DNA from: Candidatus Omnitrophota bacterium
GTDB taxonomy: Bacteria; Omnitrophota; Gorgyraeia; Gygaellales; Profunditerraquicolaceae
Length of the DNA: 64,000 bases
Direction: 5' to 3'
Assembly: GCA_028716965.1 (NCBI GenBank)
Contig: JAQUOV010000003.1
Span: forward strand, 5,302-69,301
A program made the position numbers and the translations under genes. The number at the start of each line of letters is the position of its first letter. Position 1 is the stretch's first letter. The notes under the pieces were generated by a model. The model was not told the DNA's origin. It was given only the letters and a program-made list of their open reading frames with translations, and searched no databases. Positions 30,901 to 42,900 of the stretch are shown here, in pieces.

Positions 30901-33900
30901 TTCAATAGGAATGGCGATTTGCAGTTCTTCTTCGCCTTCAACTAATTTCCGCACAAAAATAGTGTTGATTATATTATCTGCCTGCGTTTCTGTAATAGGG
31001 CTTTTATAAAGATTCCCTCCTAACATTACTTTCAGGTAATCATATTGAGGATTAATAAGCTGATAAATGTTTTTAAAAGGAACAACCATTCCTTCCGGGG
31101 AATCCTTTCTGCGTAAATGTCTTAAAACCAAAGGCAAGGTTATCTCTGTTTCCCCTTCCAGGATTATGTCTACCGCAGGATGATTTATCAACTTCTCGGA
31201 ATATGGCCGAAGCCCCTGCCCCCCCAACATGACCACGGCGCAAGGATCAGTGGATTTGACTTCTATAGCAACCTGTAAAATAAAAGGTAAGGTATAATAA
31301 AGAGTGGATAGGCCGATAACGTCATATTTTTCTTTCTGAACCGCCTTTAATAACTTATCCTTATGGACAATCAGCTCGACTTCAAATCCCGTTTCTTTTG
31401 CTAACTGCAAAAGCGGCAACAAACCAGGAGAATCCTGGCTGGGAGTAAAATCATACGGCAGGTAAAATAAGAATTTTCGTAGCAAAGGATCGGAATGATT
31501 GATGCAAGAGGAGCTCCCCTGACAATATCTTTTAGCCAGCTGAGCGCAAAGATTTTGATATACGCTACCCGTTATACGGCTGGCTAATGCTGCACGCACA
31601 TGCCTTACCTGGGGATAATACATTAGTTCATTTAAATCAAATGAAGATAATGCCTTAAAAAAATTATCCATACGCTCATAATCCGTACTTGCCTGTATTT
31701 TTTGCAACAAAGCCTTAAAATATCTTTTACGCGGCTTACTCATCTTTTCAAGAATAAGCCAGCTTCTAAAATTATCGGCGATTATTTCAGGGTCGTATTG
31801 CTGAATCTCTTCAAGAATACCTCTGTAAACTTGGATCAATTCATCTATAGCCTGCCAGTATTTGCCTGCCAACTCTAAACCTCTGGCATCCAGGAACTTC
31901 TTAAGAACAGGCTTAATATCTTCTATTCGGTTGAGCTTGCTCTGTACGTAGAAATAAGACCGCGGAGAAAGCATGGCTGAGATCCAATCAGCAATGTTTA
32001 AAGCTAGAGTTTGTTCATATAAAACCGGATTACCGTAAAGCTGGAGGGGATTATGATGAGCTAAGATCATCTCAATTTCATCGTTACTTAAAGATATGCC
32101 CCATTCATCGCAAAGCACTATGCTGCCAAAAGGATGTTTTGCTTTTATCTTTTCGTAGTCATCTTCTGACAAATCAGAAGGATAATTAACCAGCGGCAAC
32201 AGCATGAATTTACCTAAATCATGCAGCAGGCCGCACCTCCTCATAGATTCAACAACTTCATCATTAAACCCCAGCAGCCGGGAAAGGATTGCGGCAAGTT
32301 CCGAAACCTGGTAAACGTGGGCAATATTTTCTTGGGAGCCGAAAGGAGGAGCCCGGGCAATAATAATTTCTTTTATCCGGGCAAGGGCTAATGAACCGGA
32401 AACCCGATTATTGATAAAACTGGCGCTTGATTCAACTGAACCAAATATAATATTAGAAACCGTTTGTCTATCTATAAGCCTGGGCTTGCCGGATAACTTA
32501 AAGCTAATTGAATTCGAGGCGGCATTGCCTAACGGTACCAGCGGAGAAGCGCCTTTCTTTTTGGTAATTTTCGAGTCCATGAATTTCCGTATAGGCGGAA
32601 CCTGCCTGTTTTCGGCTATTTCTTCAAACAAATCGAGAGCGCGCTGAAACATAATATCCGTCATTTTCTCTAAAACCAAAAATGCCCTGGATAATTCAAG
32701 TAGATAAATTTCCACTCTCTCCGCATAATTATTCCATTCCTCACGTATTTCTTCATAATCACCTGAAGAAAGCTCGATATAACCCAACAGCTTTTTATCT
32801 ATTTCATGCGGGAAAAGCCATTCATCTTCCCATCGAAAAGCATTGGGATACATCCAATCCTTTCTAGTTGTATCTGTTTTAATAAATAAAATAACCGGCA
32901 AATATCCTAAATCTCTTTCACTGGCGTTAAAAGGGTCGTCCATTTGTTTTATCCCATAGCAAACCCTGGTCTTTATATCCTGCCTTAACACCTCCATAAA
33001 TTTCTCTGCACTAATGTTCCTTACATCTTCATTTAATAACGCTACGTTTCCATAGAAATATCTTGATTCCATTACCGAAAGGAAAGTCTGGTAAGACAGA
33101 CCATGCAGGCCTATGTCAGGCAGTAATCTGATTAACCGTTGCGCCCTATTCGGGTCTTTCCAAGCATCCAGCGCAGAGGAGGCGCGATTTCTGCCATCCT
33201 TGCTGTGAAGAGCTAGCGATGGCCTGATAAGCTCTTTAACTACTTTTAGGCACACAGCATCATCATCCAGTAATCCCGGTAACTCTTGTATATAAACAGT
33301 TAAAACCATCTCCTTTGAAGCGCCCAAAGCATTTAGTTCTCTAACCATAAACAAGCGAAGGGATTCTTTGTCAAAAAATTTTCTTAGGCCGTCCAAATAA
33401 AGGGCGATAATCCCTTCTTTCGACAGCAATCCTTTTAGGTTCTGTAAAGCCAGCGTTAAAATCCTGAAATCCCGGCTACGGGCCCTATACAACCACCAGC
33501 TTTTTGGGAATAATTTATACCAGATAATAAAATACAGGCAGGCGCAGAAACAACTAATTCCAGCCAGGTCAAAAATGGCTAAGAATACAGGTGATGAGCT
33601 TCCATGGGTTGAGCCGGTAACTACATAAAGATTTCGTCGAGCAAAAAGCGAGTTATTATTAAGCTTCTCCCACTCATAAAGGCTGCTCACCCGATCCTCA
33701 ACTTCCTGGCTACAGTATTTTCTAAAACTTATTTTCTTTACATCAGAAAAAATCTCATTTTTTATCAAAAACTTCGTTACAGCGTCATCAAAAATAGAAC
33801 TCTCCTCAAATATAGACAAAATCTTGCTTAGGATCTCCTTTACCTGTTCCAGGTATTCTTCGGATAATGGCAGTGAGTAAAGATAAAGCGGCGGTTCATT

Positions 33901-36900
33901 AATCAAATATTTATTGAATTTAATTGAAAGATAAAGCGTTAGCTGGTAAATAAAGTTCGGCGAGCTGTATTGCCTGTTTATTCGCTTCAAAATTTCGCAT
34001 ATATTCGAAAGATAGTAAGCTAACGGCTGGGCCTCTAAATCTCCCCATATGCTTAAGGGGATAAAATTAAAGAAAGAACATAAATTATTATGCAACAACC
34101 ATATGAATTGGCTATCCTGCGTTAACCTTTCCTCCAAATCTGTGTCAGAGTAGTCCCTTAATTCTTTAATAAACTTGATAGTGGCATGCCTCTTTAAATT
34201 CAATCTTCTGTCTGTCCTGATATCTATTATTTGGGCATTATTTTGAACCTGAATCGGTGAAGAGCCTTTCTTCCGGATAACTGGATCCGCCACCAGCGGA
34301 GAGGCGATTATCTTATTATTGGTCTCGGATAACAACCCTGATAGCCATTTAAGATCCAGAACTTTCATCGGCCCGGTAAGGGGGAAACTAAATTCTTCGC
34401 TGGGTAGCTTTTTAAACTCAAGAACCATCATTATCAACCTGATTGTCTTTTGCAACCTTTCCAGGGCAGCTCCTATATCTTCGTCATTAAACTCAATCTT
34501 GCTTTTTGAATACAGAAGCAAATTCCCGAGTTGCGCCAATATATCTATCTCTTTGAAAATATCCCCTAAGGCTCCTGCGCGAGTAAAAGTAGTAAAAATA
34601 AGCTTTATCTTACTTATTTTGCTGTTTACGGCTGTTTCAACGCAAGCCTGGATCTCCATGGCTAACTGCAGTAACATGCCATTCAAATTATCAGGGATGC
34701 TGCCTTGGCCTATTCTATCTAATATTTCTCTACAAATGTTTATCCAGCCCTCCATAATATCTCTTCTCACAGGCACATCGGCAGGTCCCCTGATACCGTC
34801 GCATTCAAACGGTGAAGAGGCAGGCTGATCAATACGTTCAAGCTCTTGCAGCCTCTGTTCATACTTCCCGGATTGACTATAGATCCCTGTTTCAATGATA
34901 AATGTATTTACTGCAGCGGGCAGCAGTTCGCCGACAGATTGCCCATTCCCAATCATTTCTTTAATATCAGTGGATGATATTTCGGCTTCATAGCGCGGCA
35001 ACCTGAATGGATAGGAACGCATTCTTCTGTTGAATTTGATATTTCTCTGATATTCAGGAGTTTTATCAATCATTTCCCCTCTCCTGTCCATTACTAAGAA
35101 ACAGTTTTCCTTAAAAAGCTGGGTGAGTTCTTTGTTAGAATGCTCATTTAATGTTGCCTGCATAGAATCTTTTCCAACAATAAAATAGGTTTTTATTTTT
35201 TGCCCGTAAACTTCCCGATAATATCTTCTTACCCCTTCTCCAATCTGCGAATACAAACCCCTATTAGCAATGAAGATCTTATCCGGCACCAATAACCCAT
35301 TATTCTGCGCGTTGTCAAAAGCAGTTTGAAGAGTCAAAATTCTATCCTCCGGAGACATCCCATTCATTTGTTTTCTTATGTGCTTTGTCCCTATTATGAC
35401 AATAACCTCATCTAAATATTTATTTTTGGACAACTCAAGTATCCTGGCTTGTTTTATTAATTTAAAATGGGCCAGATGAAACGGATTTGCGGTGAAAGCG
35501 CATATTCCTATTCTAAGAGACCTATTTTGTTTTTCTTCGGTAGGTTTGTATTCTTTGACTGGGATTACTGCGGGTTCATTGAGAGCGTTAACCTGGCTGA
35601 CCTTTTTACGTACATCTTGCCAGGCAAGCACACAATTCTCTGCCTCCCATTTATTCTCTGATAATATTATCTTAATAAACTCATCCCAATCCTGGTTATC
35701 CAAAGCTTTGGCTGACTTAATCATATCTTCAAAGAATTTAAACCCTGCAGCATCATCTTTAATCCTTTCCATCGTGTTCCAACGCAGGAGCCAAAGGAAC
35801 TGATGCGTAAATCTTACGCGCAGCATTTCAGGAATTGCCCTGATTTCCTGTTCACTTAACGGATAGCCGAAATTCTCCGCGGCTTTTTGATAATCAAGCA
35901 CCCATTCGATAAGCTCTTGCATATTAAATTCCTGGCCGTCTTTATTCAAATCAAAGAAAAGACTGCGCACTATATCGTAAATCCTCGCTTCTTCCCTGGC
36001 TATCTCCCAGTCAAAAACCCTCCTTACGCGCTCCTTTAAGAAGCTTACATTATCAGGCCTAAAATCACCGTGTATCACTGCCCTTGGCAGTCTTTCATAT
36101 AGCCCGGCCATTACCTCTTTAATAATCCCGATCTGTTCTTTAAAATAAGGGTAATTATCCAAGAACAATTTTTCTGCCCCGTCCAATTCCTCACGGACTT
36201 TCCCGGATAATTCCTGAAACGCGGTATCTAACTTCTTTTCGCGGGCATCCACCCCTTCAAAAGTAACAATCGGGTCAGTAATCCTTTCACCCTGTATTGC
36301 TTTAAAGCGCTTATCTATGGTAAAACAGTGCAGTTTCGCCAGGAATGCTGCCGCGCTCCTCATCATTTCAGGCGTTAATTCATCATTAGAGTAAATTCTT
36401 CCCTGTTCGTCATATTTATGAACGGTGAAAATATTGTCTTCTTCCCGGTAAAGGACGGTTTCTTCTTTTGTATACATAATTTCCGGTATCTCAATAAGCT
36501 CATCCTTGCTGAATAAACAATCAAAGCATTCATTTTCCCAAATACTTCCTTTTAAATCCCATACTGATTTCTTGATCACAACTCTACCGGCATTCTTCGT
36601 TTTCGCGATTGCCACCACTGTTGCCAAACCGCGGTACTCGATTATTTCTTCGTCAATAAGCTCTAACCCGTAAGCTCGGGCAATGTCCCTTATCTCCGCG
36701 AGGGTAATTTTTAACTGCGAGTCACGGCTAATGGCGAGCTCCCTTATCTTCTTTAATTCCGTAAGGCTATCCGGCAATTGCCGGTAAATATCAGTAGCCC
36801 TTAACCCCTGGCCTTTTTGTTTTTCCGCTAAATCACCCGCATAACCATGTAAATACGCCCCTAAAACAGCAGCTTCAAAAGGAAGCAAGCCCTGGCCAAG

Positions 36901-39900
36901 CAAGCCCGCGATTATTCCTGTGAGCACGTCGCCTGTTCCGGCAGTAGCCATATAACGATTTCCTGTTGTATTGCGATACACTACACCTCGCGGATGAGCG
37001 ATAACTGTCTGGTCCAGTTCATGCCCCTTCAAAACTACGATAACCCCATACGCGCTGGCAAATGTCCGGGCTACTTCAGCCCGATTTGCCATAATATATG
37101 CCTCATTCTTACCGGTTAACCGGCTCATTTCTCCTATATGAGGCGTAATAATTATCCTCCCCCCTGCTTTTCTTAATAGTGAAGGCTTATCCTTTAAAGC
37201 AGTAAGCGCCCCGGCGTCCAAAACAATAGGAATTTTCGTATCTCTTATTAAGGTATAGACCATTTCTTTTGTTCCTTCTGTTTCTGATTCAAGGCCCGGG
37301 CCGACAGCTAAAGCATTAATTTTAAATTTCCGTATAAAATCAAGGATCTGCGCGGGTTTTTGTCCCGACAAAGTAATTACTTCATCGAATTTATTTGCAT
37401 TAAATTCCTGCCTTAAATGTTCGGGAATTGCCGCGCGCACTAAACCCGCTCCGCTTCTCACCGCGGCTTTGGTGGTAAGTTGCATTGCGCCGATATATTC
37501 ATCAGAACCGCCTACCACTAACAACCTGCCTCTTGTGCCTTTATACGCATCAGGCCTTACTTCCGGCACAAGAAACGCCGCATCTTCTTTGTGTAACCTC
37601 TTTACGTCTTTATTCAGTACCGCCTCAACAAATAAGACTATGTTCGGAAATTCTACGTTTTCTGTGATGATTTTTATATCTTTGTCCCAACGGTTAATCT
37701 GCCGAGCCGGAGTAAAGTTATCAACTATAGCCGTAAATCCTAATTCAGAAAGCACATCCACATATTCTTCAATGCTGAAATACTGCCAGCCTTCTTCTCT
37801 TTCAATATCCCAACGCGGCCCGCCCACATATAAATATTCGCAGGCAAAAAGCGGAAAATCCTCTTTTTTTATTCTCACTCTATAGCCATTTTTTGAGAGT
37901 TTTTCATAATAAATTTCCTTGGGCAGGAATTCCCGCGCAAACCCGTAGAATCTGTCTCTTGTATCCTTATTCTTAAACTGAATCACTACATATTCATTTA
38001 ATTCATCCCGCGAAACAGCTGCCCCGTCATAAAGATAAAGGTGGCCATACGGCTTCATCATCAGCTTTATATTACCCAACGCCCTGGCAACATATTTCTT
38101 GCCCAGTTCAGGCACAATCCTTTCATGTATATCTCCAGAAGGCCTGCCGTAATAAGAGTAAACTTCATGCAGCACATTGATGACCAGCACAAAATCAAAT
38201 TCACCGGTTAAATCGCTTAAATCTCCATCAATAATATCCCTGGTTATATAGCAGATATCGCCGACTACCTGTTTTGCCTCATCAATAATATCCGGGTTAA
38301 GGTCAAGCGCTACATACTCAATGTTCGGCTCGTTGGGAAATATCTCTTTAAGCAAGGCTATTTCTATTGCCTGGCCGCAGCCGATTGATAAAATCCTCAC
38401 CTTCTCACCCCGGCTTAACTTTATCCTGATAGCTTTTATGAGGCTTTCCATAATCTTTCCCTTGCCGTCTAAAACCATAAAAGATGACTTCATGCCATCC
38501 AAATAATCTTCCAGTGTCATGCCGCTGCAAACCGGCCTGCCTCCTTTAAATTCAGCAAACCTGCGGTAAATCTTGTTTTCTTTAATATAGGCGCCTATTT
38601 TGTCCGGCACATAATCGTCAAAAGGATTACCACCTTTAACACATACCCTAACCCTTGCTGAAGAAATATGCTGATAGTATTCATTAACAGGCAAACGATA
38701 TAAGCTGCCTGTATATTCTCTCAGATCCGGTTTCACTGCTAATAGATTATCAAGATCCATCCCTTCCTGATCAGCCACTACAAAGGTATAATTATCAAAT
38801 AATTCTTTTATAATATCTTTCCTGCCTTTATGCTCCCACTCAAGCATAGTGTTAAATGAGAGCATCCCGGTAATAAAATGTATATCCGCGCGAGGATATA
38901 ATCTCTTGATTTTTCTGCCGATATCAAAGTATAAAGTATTTTCGCTAAGTATTATTTCATAATCCTGCCTGTCATTTGCCCATAGTTTCAGCATCTCTTC
39001 CCGTTCATATAAGCTTGTCCCAAGCACTCTTGTTCCCCTGGGGTTGCCGGTAACCGCTAAAATAATTTTATCCAAATCATGCTCTTGTTTTGCTTTTTCC
39101 ATTACTTCAACCATGGATTTAGTCAAGGGGTTAAAAGTACTGGCAAAGACTCCTAATTTAAACCTGCTATTATTTGCCAGCGGCGAAGCGGCGATGGCGG
39201 AATGCCTGGAAATCATAAACATAGTATAGACATCTAACGCCTTAATTAGTTCTTGTATGGGGAAAGAGCTGTTAAAAGCCCCAAGGTCGGGATTCTTTTT
39301 GTCTTCCATCCATCCGTACGATCTATAACCCGGGAATGAAAACTCTACGGATGGATCAAAAATTCCCTGCGGCAGTTTCTTCTGGTTCAGCATGTGCACG
39401 TAATGTTTATCCATAAAAACAGCCATTTGTTTAGCCAACATGCCCCAATTCACTAATGCCGAGATATCCGCGTCATTTCTTAGAGTAAATACCTCATAGG
39501 CATGGCCGAATATTTTCTTTATCCTTATCGAGAGCTCCTTAATATAGCCGTTCCCTAGATTTAATTTATGCCGGCTCTTCATTCGCTTGCCTTCGTTTAA
39601 CACCCAGGCCAACAGATAGTTCCCCATAAAGTGGGCAAGCAAGATTTTCCTGCGCTGCGGGACAGGAAACCTTCGCAGGTTATTACGCAGGTAAGCCGAA
39701 TGCCTGTTCTCTAAATCAACCAATTCATCAAGGGTAAGCATTTCGGCAAAGTCTGCCGGCCCAGAAATCCTCATGTTGATAAAATTAACCCCTTTCTCCC
39801 AGGCATGCATTCTACCTGTACCCCTTCTTCTCTCTAGGGGCCGGATGATCTCCGTCATCCAAAGGAACACCCCTTCATCAAGCCTTGCCCCCTCCAAACA

Positions 39901-42900
39901 ATGAAACAAATCAGCTATGTCAGGGTGAATATACCCATACCTGGCAAGCAAAAACAAATCGTGGATATTCCTTAATGACGCCTCGCCTATTGCTTCATCA
40001 TCCGCTTCATGAAGATAGATGAAATAATCAGGAGTTTCAGTGGTATACAGCATTACGGTATAGAGGTTATCCTGAGTATCAACCGAAAATTCATTTCCAG
40101 GCTGTTCATATTCCATGATGGATTCCCTTATGTATTGCGGTAGGTCTTCCATGTCGATCCTGAATGCCCGTTTCCCGTCTAAAGGAAGCGCCCGCGGGTA
40201 ATCTCTCTTTAAAGGAACACCCTTTCCTTTTAAAATGTTTAAATGGTCAAAAAATTCACTTTCAAAGATAAGGCTTCCCGGATCTTCTCTTATCTCCTGC
40301 CATTGGCGCTTTATCCTTTTAAGAAACTTTAGGGCAATAAATTTATTCTCCCTTGTCTTTACCGCTGTTGTCCTCCCCATATTCCTAAATAAAACACTGC
40401 CTTTTAATTTCTCCAGGAGCGCTGCGCTATTACCCAATAAAGGCGGCTCCTGGGATTTAAACCGTGGACCAGGTACGCTCAACGTGCCTAGTGTCACCGG
40501 AGGAGAATCCAAAATGCACCTTTCCGCGATCCGGCTGAATGTATTAGGACTGTCGCCGTTGATGGTAAAAGCGATGCGGAATAATATAAAGGCTTTTTTT
40601 ACAAATGGATGTATCTTTAATCCTGTCCTGGATAAAACCGATAAAAATGATCCCAACCTGGCGGCCGGATAGGCATAATTGTCTTCTGATGAGCGCGCAA
40701 TCTCTTGGGTAAGTTTCTCCTGTAATCTGTTATTTATATAATTCACCGTCTCATGCAATCCCGCCTTATTTTTTATCTTTTCAGCCAAGATCTCAAAGAA
40801 AAAGCTCCTATATTGCGTGTCTCTAAAGAAAATGAATAACTGTATTAAATCATTGGAAAGATAGGTAAGGAGGCAGGATGCCTTCAAATCTGCTTCGTCT
40901 TTTAATAGGAACATAAGATTTAAAAGATAAGAATAGATGTTGTCGGGCTTAAAGCCATATTTATCCGCGCAAAATTCTACTAGCAGCTCCGGAATATTCT
41001 TGATCCTTGCAATCAAACCTCTTCTCAACAGGGATTCTATCTTCTGAATATTAAGTTGCCGCACTGACCAATCGCAATTACAAGAATTTTTAATAAACTC
41101 TTCCGGAGAGAATGAGATTTCTCTTTCAGATGCGAATCTTTCTTCAGCCCTTTCTTCAGCCCGGTATTTTAAAATAAGCTTGCTCGCTATTTTTTCTTTC
41201 GGGATTATTCCTGATTGGAATAAATAATTTGCTACGGCTGATTTACGCGCCCAGGAATGCCCCCCTGCGCGCTGGGAATCTCCTGCATCGGGGATTAAAC
41301 GGTTCAGGTTTATTTCCCTTTTTAATCTTTGCCTTTCTTCCTCTCTGATCAATCCGGCATCGTTGAGATATTTTATTGCTTCAGCGTTCCTGACCCAAAT
41401 ATAAGAATCTGCCTCGTTTAATCCGGTAATTAAATCAGATAAGGGAATTCTTGCATACATTTCTTCTCTTTTTATCAATCCGGCCTCAACAAGGTAATTT
41501 ATTGCCTCGGCGTGCTTTGTACGCTCATCAGGATTCCCGGAGTTTAAACCTGCGCTTAATTCTTCCAGGGGGATCCTCCCTTCCAGCTCTTCTTCCCGGA
41601 TCGTCCCTGCGGTAAGCAAAGAATTTACCGCCTTGGCGGTTAGGAAGCGGATATGAGGCTCTTTGTCGCTTAATCCGGAAATAAAAATATCCAAAGCTGT
41701 ATAATAAAGATACGCCTGTTGCAGGGTGGCTTCGTTCAGGAATATGTCTTTAACCCAATCCCTGAGTGCTGCGGATTCTCCCAGCGCAGAGGCGGCACCG
41801 TAACTCTTGGTTCCTAACCCTTGGCTCGTAAGCAGCCTGTTCTGTGTCAAAAACTGGGCTTTTTCATTAGGATGTTTTCTTATCCCAACTGCCTGCCAAG
41901 GTTGGACAACGATACCTTTCCCGCAGCTGTACAGAACAAAAGAAATAAAAGGAGGCTCAACTTTATTTTTTATATACTTTCTATAAGATGGCATACCCGT
42001 ACTGGGTCTACTGAAGGTCGCCCTGATGCAATGCCGGAATTCTCTTAATAAGCCGGCTTCCAATTCTGCGACTCTATATAAAATATACCGTTTAGCCGCC
42101 TTGACAATTTCTTCTTCTATTCGCGCAGGAGGAATACTGTCTAGAAATAGGTTTCTTCTTGCATGCTCAACCCATCTTTCAAAACCGGCAGTCTTCTCCA
42201 GGTGCGGATAGATTCTTTCTTCTACAATACACAACTGCTCTTCCAGCTCTTGCTCATACTGTTTATAATAAAATGAAATAGCGACTATGTTAAACAAATC
42301 ACGATATCGTTTTTCCTGCACCATTGCCCTTAAGCTACGAGTATATTTTTGCGTTCTTACGCGCGGAGTTCCATTTACCCTTTCTGTTGTTGCGTCGGGG
42401 ACTACCAGGTTTATTTTTATCCCCGGAGGGTATATATCCTTAATTTCTAAAGATAAGTTATGAAGATTGCCAAAAGTAGCCTCTTCTGCCAAATCTGCTT
42501 CTGAAACCGGTAAATTCGGGTTCTTTACCCCTCCCCACCCTAAAAGAAGTTCTATCGGTAAATTATCAGCGGCTATTGCCCTTATTCTTTCTATGATTTC
42601 TTCCCGGGACATCTCCGGATGTTTAGGACCCGTCCTATACCTTCTAGAAGTAAATATCGTATATATTTGTTCGCATGTTTTTTCTAATGCGGACACTATA
42701 GGTGATCCACCGGGAATCTGCGTAGAGGCACCAGAACCACAAACATAGGGCAGTTGAATTCCTCTGCAATATACTTTAAATATTGAGACAGGAAACTTCA
42801 CTTGACTTGACCAATAAATTCCCCACGGGATAATCCCGAATATCTTTTTTGGCTGCCACTCTATAAACTGAAACCTAACCCACTGTTTGAGCTCCAGCTC

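Noticed and set aside
38554-39165. Considered calling NadD-like domain no. 1 an active NMN adenylyltransferase.
   Set aside because: The catalytic (H/T)xGH motif is replaced by LTKSM. The fold assignment is kept, but catalytic activity is not assumed.
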